DNA of 59,968 bases, taken from a candidate division WOR-3 bacterium (GTDB taxonomy: Bacteria; Hydrothermota; Tepidihabitantia; Tepidihabitantales; Tepidihabitantaceae). The stretch spans positions 1-59,968 of the forward strand of contig CBFGJT010000008.1 of the NCBI GenBank assembly GCA_965649165.1. The letters run 5' to 3'. The notes under the pieces were generated by a model that was given only the letters and a program-made list of their open reading frames with translations, made no database searches and was not told the DNA's origin. The position numbers and the translations under genes are program-made. Below are positions 40,442 through 50,083 of the stretch, one piece after another; within the stretch, counting starts at the first letter, position 1, and each line of letters starts with the position of its first letter.

Positions 40442-41917
40442 ATGGACGAAGCAAGGTTACCGGATGATTTTGAACCGTCTTTACAGCAGCGGGAGATCCG
40501 GCTGCAGAAGCTGAATCAGCTGCGAGCAGGTGGTGTTCTGCCCTATGCCTATCACTACCGGCGGACGCATCTAAGTCAGGAAGTGATCGGCAGTTTTGAT
40601 GAGTTGAACGGGAAAGAGGTGCGGGTTGCCGGCAGGCTGATGTCCTGGCGCCGGCACGGCAAGACCCGGTTTGCACATATTCTGGATGGCGCCGGCCGGC
40701 TCCAGCTCTACTTCCGGCAGGATGTGCTGGGAGCGGAAAATTACGAGCGGCTGGAGCTGGTGGACATCGGTGATATCATCGGCGTGGCAGGGGAGGTTTT
40801 CCGCACGAAGACCGGTGAGGTGACTGTCAATGTCCAGGAATGGACACTGCTGAGCAAGGCGCTCCTGCCCCTGCCGGAGAAGTTTCACGGGCTGCGGGAT
40901 GTGGAGCAGCGCTACCGGCAGCGGTATGTGGATCTGATTGTCAATGATGATTCCCGGCGGGTGTTTGAACTGCGTTCCCGGCTCATCCGGTTGATCCGGC
41001 AGTTTCTTGATGAACGGGGCTTTATTGAGGTAGAGACGCCGGTGCTCCAGCCGATCTACGGCGGGGCAGCGGCACGGCCGTTTGTTACCTATTACAATGT
41101 CCTGGAGCAGGAGATGTTTCTGCGGATCTCGGATGAGCTGTATCTCAAGCGGCTGATCGTGGGTGGTCTGGAGCGGGTATATGAAATCGGCAAGGATTTC
41201 CGGAATGAGGGGCTGGACCGGACCCATAATCCGGAGTTTACCCAGCTGGAACTCTATCAGGCGTATGCCGATTATCATGATATGATGGCGCTGGTCGAGG
41301 AGTTGTTCCGGTTTCTGGCGCAGAGCATTTACGGCACAACTGAAATTGAGTATTGCGGCCAGAGGCTGGATTTTGAGCGACCGTGGCAGCGGGTGCGGTT
41401 TGTTGAGGCGCTTTGGGAAAAGCTCGGGGTGGATCCGCTGGGGCTCACTGATGACCAGCTGCGGGCGGCGGCGCAGGCGGCCGGGGTTGAGGTCAAGCCC
41501 GGGACCGCACGGGCGAAACTGCTGGACAAGCTGTTCAGTGAACTGGTTCAGGATAAACTCGTTGCACCCACTTTCGTGCTTGATCACCCTAAGGAGACTA
41601 CACCACTCGCCAAGCCGCACCGGCAGGACCCCCGGCTGGTGGAGCGGTTTGAGCCGGTGGTCGGCGGAATGGAAATCGGCAATGCGTTCAGTGAGCTGAA
41701 CGATCCACTGGAACAGCGGGAGCGGTTTGTTGAGGGGGTGAAGCGGAATGAGGAGTTTGCCACCGTGGACGATGACTACTGCACCGCACTAGAATACGGT
41801 CTGCCGCCCACCGGTGGCTTGGGGATTGGAATTGACCGGCTGGTGATGCTGTTTGCCAATCAGGACTCAATCCGGGATGTGATTCTTTTCCCTCAGTTAA
41901 AGAAGATAAGCGGATGA
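40442..41917 (+). CDS. lysS: lysine--tRNA ligase (class II)
   Basis: RYRQRYVDLI, YGGAAARPF, FRNEG, HNPEFT, YGLPPTGGLGIGIDRL; TTGACT-16-TATATT 9 nt upstream. Confidence 0.98.
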   Translation: MDEARLPDDFEPSLQQREIRLQKLNQLRAGGVLPYAYHYRRTHLSQEVIGSFDELNGKEVRVAGRLMSWRRHGKTRFAHILDGAGRLQLYFRQDVLGAENYERLELVDIGDIIGVAGEVFRTKTGEVTVNVQEWTLLSKALLPLPEKFHGLRDVEQRYRQRYVDLIVNDDSRRVFELRSRLIRLIRQFLDERGFIEVETPVLQPIYGGAAARPFVTYYNVLEQEMFLRISDELYLKRLIVGGLERVYEIGKDFRNEGLDRTHNPEFTQLELYQAYADYHDMMALVEELFRFLAQSIYGTTEIEYCGQRLDFERPWQRVRFVEALWEKLGVDPLGLTDDQLRAAAQAAGVEVKPGTARAKLLDKLFSELVQDKLVAPTFVLDHPKETTPLAKPHRQDPRLVERFEPVVGGMEIGNAFSELNDPLEQRERFVEGVKRNEEFATVDDDYCTALEYGLPPTGGLGIGIDRLVMLFANQDSIRDVILFPQLKKISG

Positions 41918-43140
41918 TTTTCGGCTTTGAGTTTTTTGTTGCGCGGCGCTATCTCCGGGGCCGGAGCCGCCATCTGCTTTCCGGTCCGAGTGCGATCGCA
42001 ATGGGCGGTGTGTTTGTTGGGGTAGCGGCGATCATCATTGTCCTTTCGGTGGAAAATGGATTTCATAAGGAGCTCCGGGACCGGATTCTGGGCGCATCAC
42101 CTCATATCACCGTTTCCCAGTTCGGTTACCAGCCGGTACTCTATCAGGGTGAACAGGATTCACTTCTCCGCAAAATCCGGCAGGTGCCGGGTGTTGTTGA
42201 AGTGGCCCCGTTTATCTATACGAAGATTCTGATCCGTGCCGGGTCGCTGGTTGAGGGCGGTGTGGTCAAGGGGGTGGAGCCGGAGCTGGAAAGGAAAATG
42301 ACCCAGCTTGCGGGCAGTGTGATTGAGGGGGAATTTGTGCTGGATTCCGCCGACGCGGTGATCGGTAGCGAGCTGGCGCGGAGCCTGGGTGTTTTTGTCG
42401 GCGATGAGATTGTGCTTTTTACACCGGCGGCCGGTACGGCAACACCGGTAGGTTATCTACCCCGGACCAGGACCTTCCGGGTGCGGGGGATTTTTGATGC
42501 CGGGATGTATGAATACAATGCCAGTTTTGTGTTTGTCGGTTTGCGGGATTTGCAGCAGTTTCTGGGGTTGCGGGGGATGGTGAGCGGATATGAGGTGCGG
42601 TGTTCTGAACCGCTGGATGCGAGCCGGGTTGCGAGCCGGATTGCCCGTGCTCTGGGGGTGCCATTCCGGGCAACCGACTGGATTGCCCAGAACAAGAATC
42701 TGTTTACCGCATTGCGGCTGGAGAAGGTGGTGACATTCATTGTGTTGGTGCTGATTGTGCTCGTGGCGGCGTTCAACATCGTCGGGATGCTGACGATGAT
42801 GGTCATGCGCAAGACCCGGGAGATCGGAATTCTGAAGACGATTGGTGCCGGCTCGCCGAGCATTACTCGGATTTTCATGCTGGTCGGGCTGATGATCGGT
42901 GTCCTGGGAACTGCGGGGGGTGCGATCTTCGGGTTTCTGGTATCCTGGCTGCTGAACCGATACCGGTTTGTAAATCTGCCCGGAGATGTTTATTTCATCA
43001 AAAATCTGCCGGTGCAGATGCAGTGGCAGGATTTTGCCATTGTCTGCGCCTCGGCGTTGGTGATTACCTTTGTAGCAACATTCTATCCTGCATACCGAGC
43101 GGCAAGATTGCAACCAGTTGAGGCGATCCGCTATGAATGA
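41914..43140 (+). CDS. lolE: lipoprotein-releasing ABC transporter permease (LolC/E)
   Basis: FVARRYL, VLSVENGF, VAAFNI, REIGILKTIGA, YPAYRAARLQPVEAIRYE. Confidence 0.9.
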   Translation: MIFGFEFFVARRYLRGRSRHLLSGPSAIAMGGVFVGVAAIIIVLSVENGFHKELRDRILGASPHITVSQFGYQPVLYQGEQDSLLRKIRQVPGVVEVAPFIYTKILIRAGSLVEGGVVKGVEPELERKMTQLAGSVIEGEFVLDSADAVIGSELARSLGVFVGDEIVLFTPAAGTATPVGYLPRTRTFRVRGIFDAGMYEYNASFVFVGLRDLQQFLGLRGMVSGYEVRCSEPLDASRVASRIARALGVPFRATDWIAQNKNLFTALRLEKVVTFIVLVLIVLVAAFNIVGMLTMMVMRKTREIGILKTIGAGSPSITRIFMLVGLMIGVLGTAGGAIFGFLVSWLLNRYRFVNLPGDVYFIKNLPVQMQWQDFAIVCASALVITFVATFYPAYRAARLQPVEAIRYE

Positions 43141-43819
43141 AAAGGAAGGCGCTGCACCGGTGCTGATTGCTGAGGATATCTGGCGGAGTTTTCAGACCGG
43201 TCCAGAGCGACTGGAGGTGCTCAAGGGGGTGAATCTGATCGTGGCACCGGGGGAGCTGGTGGCGATTGTCGGACCATCAGGTTCGGGCAAGTCAACGCTT
43301 TTGCATATTCTGGGCGGGCTGGATCGGCCAGACCGTGGCCGGGTGGTGCTTGATTCCTGCGATATTTTCCAGTATCCTGAAGATAGGTTGCCGGAGTTCA
43401 GAAGCAGGAAGGTCGGTTTTGTGTTTCAGTTTCACCATCTGCTGAACGAGTTTACCGTTCTGGAGAATGTGGCGATACCGCTGCTCGTTGCCGGAGTTGA
43501 GAAAAAACGGGCGCTGGCACAAGCTGAGGCGATCCTAGAGGAGATCGGCTTTGTTACCCGGTGGCAGCACAAGCCGGTAGAGCTCTCCGGCGGCGAGCGG
43601 GCGCTGGTGGCGGTCGCCCGGGCGCTGGCAAATTCACCGGCAATCGTGTTTGCCGATGAGCCGACCGGCAACCTGGACAGCCGGTCAACCGAGATGCTCG
43701 TTGAACTGCTGGTCCGGCTGTGCCATAACGGCAGGACGATGCTGGTCGTCACCCATAATGAGCGTGTGGCAGGACGGGCAGACCGAAAACTGGAACTGAA
43801 GGACGGGAGGCTGGTTTAG
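43133..43819 (+). CDS. lolD: lipoprotein-releasing ABC transporter ATP-binding protein
   Basis: GPSGSGKST, GFVFQFHHLL, LSGGE, ADEPTGNLD, VVTHN. Confidence 0.92.
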   Translation: MNEKEGAAPVLIAEDIWRSFQTGPERLEVLKGVNLIVAPGELVAIVGPSGSGKSTLLHILGGLDRPDRGRVVLDSCDIFQYPEDRLPEFRSRKVGFVFQFHHLLNEFTVLENVAIPLLVAGVEKKRALAQAEAILEEIGFVTRWQHKPVELSGGERALVAVARALANSPAIVFADEPTGNLDSRSTEMLVELLVRLCHNGRTMLVVTHNERVAGRADRKLELKDGRLV

Positions 43820-43842
43820 CGGTGGCTGAAGGAGGCAAGGCG

Positions 43843-44340
43843 GTGAAGATCTGCGATCTTTGCGGCAAGCGGGAGGCGTCACTGAGCGTCCGGCAGCTGG
43901 ATAAGGATGGCCGAGCGACCGAGCTTGCAATCTGTGTGGAGTGTGCTAAGAAGCGGGGTTTTACCAACGTGGAGGATTTGAAGAAGAACGCAGCCGAAAT
44001 TCTGGCAGAACTGAAGGCCAAGGTCGGGGAGCAGGACGAGACGAAGGTATGTCCCCGCTGCAGGCTCAGTTATGCCGATTTCAAGAAATCGGGCCGACTC
44101 GGCTGTGCAGAATGTTACCGGACTTTTGCCGAGCTGTTACAGCCACTGGTGCGCCGTCTGCACGGCTCGGTGCAGCATGTGGGCAAGAGAAGACAGAAGG
44201 GAAGAAAGCGGGCGCAGGAGCGGCTGGAGGTGGCACGGCTGCGGGCAGAGCTGGAGCAGGCAATTCAGGATGAGGATTATGAGCGGGCGGCGGTATTGCG
44301 TGACCGGTTGAAACGGGCAGAAGAAGATGGTGCATTATGA
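43843..44340 (+). CDS. mcsA: McsA (activator of protein arginine kinase; CxxC + UVR domain)
   Basis: four CxxC motifs, GRLGCAECY, EDYERAAVLRD; GTG 43843 after GGAGG. Confidence 0.88.
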   Translation: MKICDLCGKREASLSVRQLDKDGRATELAICVECAKKRGFTNVEDLKKNAAEILAELKAKVGEQDETKVCPRCRLSYADFKKSGRLGCAECYRTFAELLQPLVRRLHGSVQHVGKRRQKGRKRAQERLEVARLRAELEQAIQDEDYERAAVLRDRLKRAEEDGAL

Positions 44341-45380
44341 ATCTGGTGCCGGAAAAAGTTGGGGCATGGCTGAGTGATACCGGACCGGAGGGAGATGTGG
44401 TGATCTCGACTCGGGTCCGGTTTGCCCGAAATATCGAGGATGTACCTTTTCCGGGGAGGATGAAGGCAAGTGAGGCGGAACTGGTGCTGGATACGGTAAA
44501 CTGGGCACTTGAGGAAAGCGGATATCTGAAGGAGGGCAAGTTTTTTGAGCCGGGGATGCTGGGGCAGGATGAGGGTCTTTATTTTGTAGAACGGCATCTG
44601 GCATCACCCGATTTTATTGCCAGCAGAAACCCGCGGGGGCTGTTTGTCTCTACTGATGAGCGGTTGAGTGTAATGATTAACGAAGAGGACCACCTGCGGT
44701 TTCAGGCGTTGGCTGCAGGGCTGGATTTTGCCACTGCCTTCAAGCTGGCGGCTGATCTGGATGAAAGGCTGGAAAGCCAACTGGAATATGCATTTTCTGA
44801 GCAGTTCGGATTTCTGACCGCCTGCCCCACTAATTTGGGAACCGGTATGAGAGTTTCGGTGTTCCTGCATCTCCCGGCATTGGTGCTGACGCGCGAAATT
44901 GAAAAGGTGCTGCGCGGGGCATATGCGGTCGGACTGCTGGTGCGCGGGATTTACGGCGAGGGCAGTGAGACCCGGGGTAATCTGTTTCAGATTTCCAATC
45001 AGCGGACCCTCGGGCAGTCGGAATCGGAGATCATTGAGGTGCTGACCAGTGTGAGCCGGCAGATCATTGACTACGAGCGGAAGGCGCGTGAATATCTGAT
45101 GCATAACCTGCGAGTGGAGATTGAGGACAAGGTGTTCCGGTCGCTTGGCATTCTGCGCGGGGCACGCATCATTTCGTCGGATGAGGCGACCAATCTGCTG
45201 GCGACCGTGCGGTTCGGGGTGATCCTGGGTATCATCAATGAGCTGAAGGTGAGCGAGGTTTCCCAGCTGCTGGTGCTCATCCGGCCGGCAAATCTGCAGG
45301 TGATTATCGGTGAGAAGCTGACCCCGGCAGAGCGGGATGAACGTCGGGCAACATTTATCCGCCAGAAACTAGTGAGGTGA
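44337..45380 (+). CDS. mcsB: protein arginine kinase McsB
   Basis: STRVRFARN, MINEEDHLR, TACPTNLGTGMR, RGIYGEGS, QISNQ. Confidence 0.93.
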   Translation: MNLVPEKVGAWLSDTGPEGDVVISTRVRFARNIEDVPFPGRMKASEAELVLDTVNWALEESGYLKEGKFFEPGMLGQDEGLYFVERHLASPDFIASRNPRGLFVSTDERLSVMINEEDHLRFQALAAGLDFATAFKLAADLDERLESQLEYAFSEQFGFLTACPTNLGTGMRVSVFLHLPALVLTREIEKVLRGAYAVGLLVRGIYGEGSETRGNLFQISNQRTLGQSESEIIEVLTSVSRQIIDYERKAREYLMHNLRVEIEDKVFRSLGILRGARIISSDEATNLLATVRFGVILGIINELKVSEVSQLLVLIRPANLQVIIGEKLTPAERDERRATFIRQKLVR

Positions 45381-46774
45381 AGGTGCTACTGGATAACGAG
45401 AAACAGGCGAGATTGCAGCAGCTGCCCGCAGTGGAAAGGCTATTTAATGATGAACGGGTCCGGCAAGCGGCGGGAACGCTTCATCCCCGGCTCATTAAGC
45501 GGATCATCCGCGATTATCTCCATGAGGTGCGCGGCGAAATCATCAACGGCCGGGACACGCAGTTCAGTTTTGAGGAACTGGAACTCCGACTGCTGGTTGC
45601 CCGCAAGCCTACCCTTACTCGGGCGATCAACGGGCTGGGAATAGTCCTGCACACTGGGCTGGGAAGGGCACCGCTGCCTAAGGTGGCGCAGGCGGCCCTG
45701 ATTGATGTCAGTGAGCATTTTTCAGCCCTGGAGATCAATCTGGTCGATGGCCGGCGCGGCAGCCGGTATCAGCACATCGAACCGCTGCTCTGTGAACTGA
45801 CCGGTGCAGAGGGGGCACTGGTGGTGAACAACAACTGCGCAGCGACAATGCTCATTCTCGCCACGATTGCCAAAGGCAGGGAGGTGATTGTCTCCCGCGG
45901 GCAGCTAATCGAAATCGGAGGTTCGTTCCGGATTCCGGATGTAATGCTGCAGAGCGGCTGCCGGATGGTAGAGGTAGGGACGACTAACCGCACTCATCTT
46001 CGGGATTATGAAAATGCGATTACTGCGGAGACCGGAGCGATCCTAAGGGTTCATACTTCCAATTACCGGATCATCGGTTTCACCAATGAGGTGCCGCTGG
46101 AGGAGTTGGTGGCACTAGGTAGGAAGTACTCAATTCCGGTAATTGACGATCTGGGATCCGGAGCGCTGCTTGACCTTTCTAGGTACGGATTGCCCAAGGA
46201 ACCGGTAGTGAGCGAGTCAATCGCTACCGGCGCGGATGTAGTCTGCTTTTCCGGGGACAAGCTGATTGGTGCCGGTCAGGCAGGGATCATTGTCGGGAAA
46301 AGGGAGCTGATTTCCAAGATGAAGAAACATCCGCTGACCCGGGCGTTGCGCTGTGACAAGTTGACTTATGCGGTTCTGGAGCGGACACTGGAGCTGTTTC
46401 TTGATGAGGAACGGGTGGTGTGTGAACATCCACTATTCCAAATTCTGCTCAAGTCGCCAAGCGAGATGCAGGAGCAGGCGCAACAGCTGCTTAACGCGGT
46501 GCAGCAGCGGCTGGCAGGCCGGGCGCGGTTTGAGATCAAACCGACCCAGGCCGAGGTGGGCGGCGGTTCGCTCGCAACCGAAAGTCTGGAGTCAGTCGCA
46601 GTGGCGGTCAGGCCGGTTAATATCAGCGTGGATGAGCTAGCACGACGGATGCGGCTGTTCCGACCGCCGGTTTTCGGACGGGTGGTGCAGGATGAGTATC
46701 TGCTTGACTTCCGCACCATTCGCGCCGATGAGATTGCAGTTGTTGCCGCGGCATTGATTCAGACACTGGCTTAG
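45377..46774 (+). CDS. selA: L-seryl-tRNA(Sec) selenium transferase
   Basis: HTGLGRAP, VVNNN, SRGQLIEIGGSFRIPDVM, EVGTTNRT, DLGSG, FSGDKLIG, VGGGS. Confidence 0.95.
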   Translation: MKVLLDNEKQARLQQLPAVERLFNDERVRQAAGTLHPRLIKRIIRDYLHEVRGEIINGRDTQFSFEELELRLLVARKPTLTRAINGLGIVLHTGLGRAPLPKVAQAALIDVSEHFSALEINLVDGRRGSRYQHIEPLLCELTGAEGALVVNNNCAATMLILATIAKGREVIVSRGQLIEIGGSFRIPDVMLQSGCRMVEVGTTNRTHLRDYENAITAETGAILRVHTSNYRIIGFTNEVPLEELVALGRKYSIPVIDDLGSGALLDLSRYGLPKEPVVSESIATGADVVCFSGDKLIGAGQAGIIVGKRELISKMKKHPLTRALRCDKLTYAVLERTLELFLDEERVVCEHPLFQILLKSPSEMQEQAQQLLNAVQQRLAGRARFEIKPTQAEVGGGSLATESLESVAVAVRPVNISVDELARRMRLFRPPVFGRVVQDEYLLDFRTIRADEIAVVAAALIQTLA

Positions 46775-46872
46775 TCGCAGTCAGTGGTCTGGCCGGCAGT
46801 GTTATGGCATTGTGCCGGTTTTCAGCAACGAGTGCGGTTTGACAGCAGTTTATCGTTGAATACACTGATTAA

Positions 46873-47499
46873 GTGGCAGTAAAAAAGAATATCGCGGTGT
46901 TGGCATCGGGCCGGGGGACCAATTTTGAGGCGCTTGCCCGTGCCTGCCAGCATCCAGATTTTCCCGCTGAACTGAAAATCCTGGTGGTAAATGTACGCGC
47001 TGCACCGGTGCTTGCCCGGGCGGAGAGCCACGGGGTTACGACAGCAGTGGTGGACCACCGTCAGTTCAGAAAGCGAAAAGATTTCGAAGCTGAGGTAATC
47101 AGAGTGCTTGAGCCTTACGGGATCGATCTGGTCTGTCTGGCAGGTTTCAACCGGATTCTTACCGGCTATTTTCTTGAACGGTTTCCCATGCGGATTATGA
47201 ACATCCATCCCTCACTGCTGCCGGCATTTGCCGGACTGCAGGGGCTGGAGGTGCACCGGGCGGTGATTGAATATGGTGTCAAGGTCACCGGCTGCACCGT
47301 TCACTTTGTTACCAACGAACTGGATGCGGGTCCGATAATCGTTCAGCGGGCGATTCCGGTGCGTGATGAAGATACGCCGGAATCGCTGGCGGTGCGGGTG
47401 CTGGTTGAGGAGCATCAGGCGTATCCTCTGGCGGTCCGGCTGTTCTGCGAAGGCCGGCTTATGCTGGCTGGCAGGCGGGTGCTCGTTCGCGCTCAATGA
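46873..47499 (+). CDS. purN: phosphoribosylglycinamide formyltransferase
   Basis: ASGRGTNF, LAGF, NIHPSLLP, GCTVHFV, DAGPII, EH; TTGACA-16-TACACT 6 nt before GTG. Confidence 0.95.
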   Translation: MAVKKNIAVLASGRGTNFEALARACQHPDFPAELKILVVNVRAAPVLARAESHGVTTAVVDHRQFRKRKDFEAEVIRVLEPYGIDLVCLAGFNRILTGYFLERFPMRIMNIHPSLLPAFAGLQGLEVHRAVIEYGVKVTGCTVHFVTNELDAGPIIVQRAIPVRDEDTPESLAVRVLVEEHQAYPLAVRLFCEGRLMLAGRRVLVRAQ

Positions 47500-48533
47500 A
47501 CGGCCGGCTACGGGTGGCACTGGCGGGCTGTGGTGTTCAAGCTCAGGTGGCACTTCTTCCGGCACTGAAATCCCATCCGGCGATTGACCTGGTTGCGCTG
47601 TGTGACTCTGATATCCGCAAACTCCATACTCTCTGTGCCCGTTATAATATTAAGCGGTATTACACCGACTTTGACCGGCTGAAGGATGAGCCGGATATCA
47701 ATGCGATTGTGATTGCAACCCCGAATTATCTTCACGCCCCGATGACCATTGCTGCTCTTGAAAGCGGGAAGGATGTGCTGTGCGAAATGCCGCTGGGAAT
47801 GAATGCGGCTGAGGTCCGGGAGATGGTGGCAACCGCCCGGCGGGAGCGGCGCCGTCTGATGCCCTGTCTGGTTACGCGCTTGCGCATCGATGTTCAGACA
47901 GTCCACGAATATGTGCTGCGCGGCGACCTAGGTCAGCTGTATTATGGGAAGACCGGTTGGCTGCGGGGCAGACAGCAGTGGGCACCGATGAGCTGGCAGA
48001 GGGACTGGAATTTTGCCGGCGGCGGCGCATTTCTCAATCTGGGGAGTGCACTTCTGGATTCCGCCCTCTGGCTGGTGGCGCCGGCAAAACCGGTTTCAGT
48101 TATTGGTGTCGCAGGCTCGCATCGCAAAACCCATCAGCGCGGACAGCAGGTTGTTGAGGATACCGCATTTGCCCTGCTGCGGTTTGATTCGGGATTAGTC
48201 ATGACCCTGGAGTTAGGCTGGAGTCTGCTTCTGGAGCGGGATTTTGTCTATTGTAATCTTTTTGGCACTCAGGGAGCAGCAGTTATAGACCCGCTGACGA
48301 TAACCCGCGAGATCCATGGCCGGCTGGTCAATGTTACACCGCCGGTGACAACTCGTGCCCCGGTGCGCCGGGCTTATGAGCTGCTGATAAAAAACTGGGT
48401 GGAGTCGTTGCTGAATGATGTACCGCCTGAAATGGCGGTCGGTGATGCGCTCCTGATCAATCAGATTGCGGATGCATTCTATCGGTCTAATGCGACTGGT
48501 GCCGAGGTGCGGCTGGAATCCGAGACCAGTTAG
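47496..48533 (+). CDS. Gfo/Idh/MocA family oxidoreductase
   Basis: Rossmann GCG, ATPNYLH, GKDVLCEMP (usual EKP altered), GGGA, VEDTA. Confidence 0.85.
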   Translation: MNGRLRVALAGCGVQAQVALLPALKSHPAIDLVALCDSDIRKLHTLCARYNIKRYYTDFDRLKDEPDINAIVIATPNYLHAPMTIAALESGKDVLCEMPLGMNAAEVREMVATARRERRRLMPCLVTRLRIDVQTVHEYVLRGDLGQLYYGKTGWLRGRQQWAPMSWQRDWNFAGGGAFLNLGSALLDSALWLVAPAKPVSVIGVAGSHRKTHQRGQQVVEDTAFALLRFDSGLVMTLELGWSLLLERDFVYCNLFGTQGAAVIDPLTITREIHGRLVNVTPPVTTRAPVRRAYELLIKNWVESLLNDVPPEMAVGDALLINQIADAFYRSNATGAEVRLESETS

Positions 48534-48568
48534 GTTTGAATTGAGCGGTCAACCGCCTTTGCAGGCAG

Positions 48569-50083
48569 ATGCCGGTCCGCGTTTCTAACTGGCTGCGTCT
48601 CGGTCTGCTCTTTTTCGCCGGAGCGGGTCTGGGGCTGGCGTTTGCCCCCTTTTCGTTCCGATTTCTTGCTTTTTTTGCCCTGGTGCCACTTTTCTGGGTG
48701 CTCGAACGTTCCCGCCGGTCATTCTTATGGGGATGGCTTTTCGGTTTTTTTGCCGCAATGTTCCATCTGTGGTGGCTGTGGTTTCTGGTGGTGCCGGTAG
48801 AACCGGTGACCCGGTTTCTCCTGAACATCGGTGTGGTTCTGCTTTTTGGTTATCTTGGGCTCTACTGGGGGGTAGTGGGAGTTGTGAGCCGACGGTTCGG
48901 TCTCTGGAGCGCACCGCTCGTGGTGGCGGTGCTGGAGTTTCTGAAAAGTAGAGGGCAGATCGGATTTCCTTGGGATTTTCTGGGTTATACGATGACATCC
49001 TGGCCGGTTTTCATTCAGATAGCCTCGGTCGGCGGGGTTTATCTGGTTTCGTTATGGGTGGTGCTGGTGAATCTGTTGATCTACGGGCTGCTTTTCCGTT
49101 CCCAGCGGCGGCGATATCTTGCCGGGCTCGTGGCAGTTTTTCTCATTGTGGCCGGTTTCGGGCTGGTCCGGATGCGCCCCTGCCGCCACTGGTTTAATGT
49201 GGCAGTTATTCAGCCGAATGTGTCACCGTTCGACAAGGGAGATCTGAATTCGCGGCAGAGAATTCAGGAGGACCTTTTCCGGCTGAGCCGGCAGGCAGCA
49301 GAAGAGAAGCCGGCACTGTTAATTTTCCCGGAGACAGCAACGCTGGTTGACATTACCCATTCCACTGAGATGGGTCCGATGCTGCAGCAGCTGGTAGACT
49401 CTCTCGATCTGGAGATTTTTACCGGCACACCGGTTTATGATGACACGCACCGTTCCTGGCACAACGGGGCGGTGCTGGTCCAGCCCGGGCAGCCGATTAC
49501 TCAGCGGTATTATAAACTCCGGCTAGTGCCTTTTTCGGAAAAGATTCCCTACAGCGATGAATTGCCGGTAATCCGGAAGCTGATTGGTACCGCAGATATG
49601 GGTAACTGGGATCGTGGCTGGGAATATACGGTCTTCCAATCCCGGATCGGTTTGCTTTCCGGGCTGATCTGTTATGAGGCGATCTTTCCGGACTTGGCAC
49701 GTGAGTTTGTGCACCGGGGGGCAAGGCTGCTCGTGGTGGTAACAAACGATGGCTGGTTTGGCAGGTTACCCGGTGCCTATCAGCATGCCGAACTGGCAAT
49801 AATGCGCACGGTAGAGAATGGAGTGCCGATGGTGCGCTCGGCAAATAACGGCATTTCGTTCATTGTTGATCCGTATGGCCGGATGCTGAAGCAGACCCGG
49901 CTGTTTGAGCAGACGGTGCTTTCCGGCACTGTGCCGCAGCCGCTCAGTCCGACCGTTTACCGGATTCTTGGGGACCGGGTGATGTTTTTTTATTTGTTGG
50001 CACTGATTTTAGGGATTTTCGTCCGGCGTCGGTTCAGCGCAGATCTACGCCTAAGGCGATGGGCCGGGTACAGGTTTCGTTAG
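48569..50083 (+). CDS. lnt: apolipoprotein N-acyltransferase
   Basis: GFPW, QPN, FPE, KLRLVPFSE, ICYE, TNDGWF, RSANNGIS. Confidence 0.93.
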   Translation: MPVRVSNWLRLGLLFFAGAGLGLAFAPFSFRFLAFFALVPLFWVLERSRRSFLWGWLFGFFAAMFHLWWLWFLVVPVEPVTRFLLNIGVVLLFGYLGLYWGVVGVVSRRFGLWSAPLVVAVLEFLKSRGQIGFPWDFLGYTMTSWPVFIQIASVGGVYLVSLWVVLVNLLIYGLLFRSQRRRYLAGLVAVFLIVAGFGLVRMRPCRHWFNVAVIQPNVSPFDKGDLNSRQRIQEDLFRLSRQAAEEKPALLIFPETATLVDITHSTEMGPMLQQLVDSLDLEIFTGTPVYDDTHRSWHNGAVLVQPGQPITQRYYKLRLVPFSEKIPYSDELPVIRKLIGTADMGNWDRGWEYTVFQSRIGLLSGLICYEAIFPDLAREFVHRGARLLVVVTNDGWFGRLPGAYQHAELAIMRTVENGVPMVRSANNGISFIVDPYGRMLKQTRLFEQTVLSGTVPQPLSPTVYRILGDRVMFFYLLALILGIFVRRRFSADLRLRRWAGYRFR

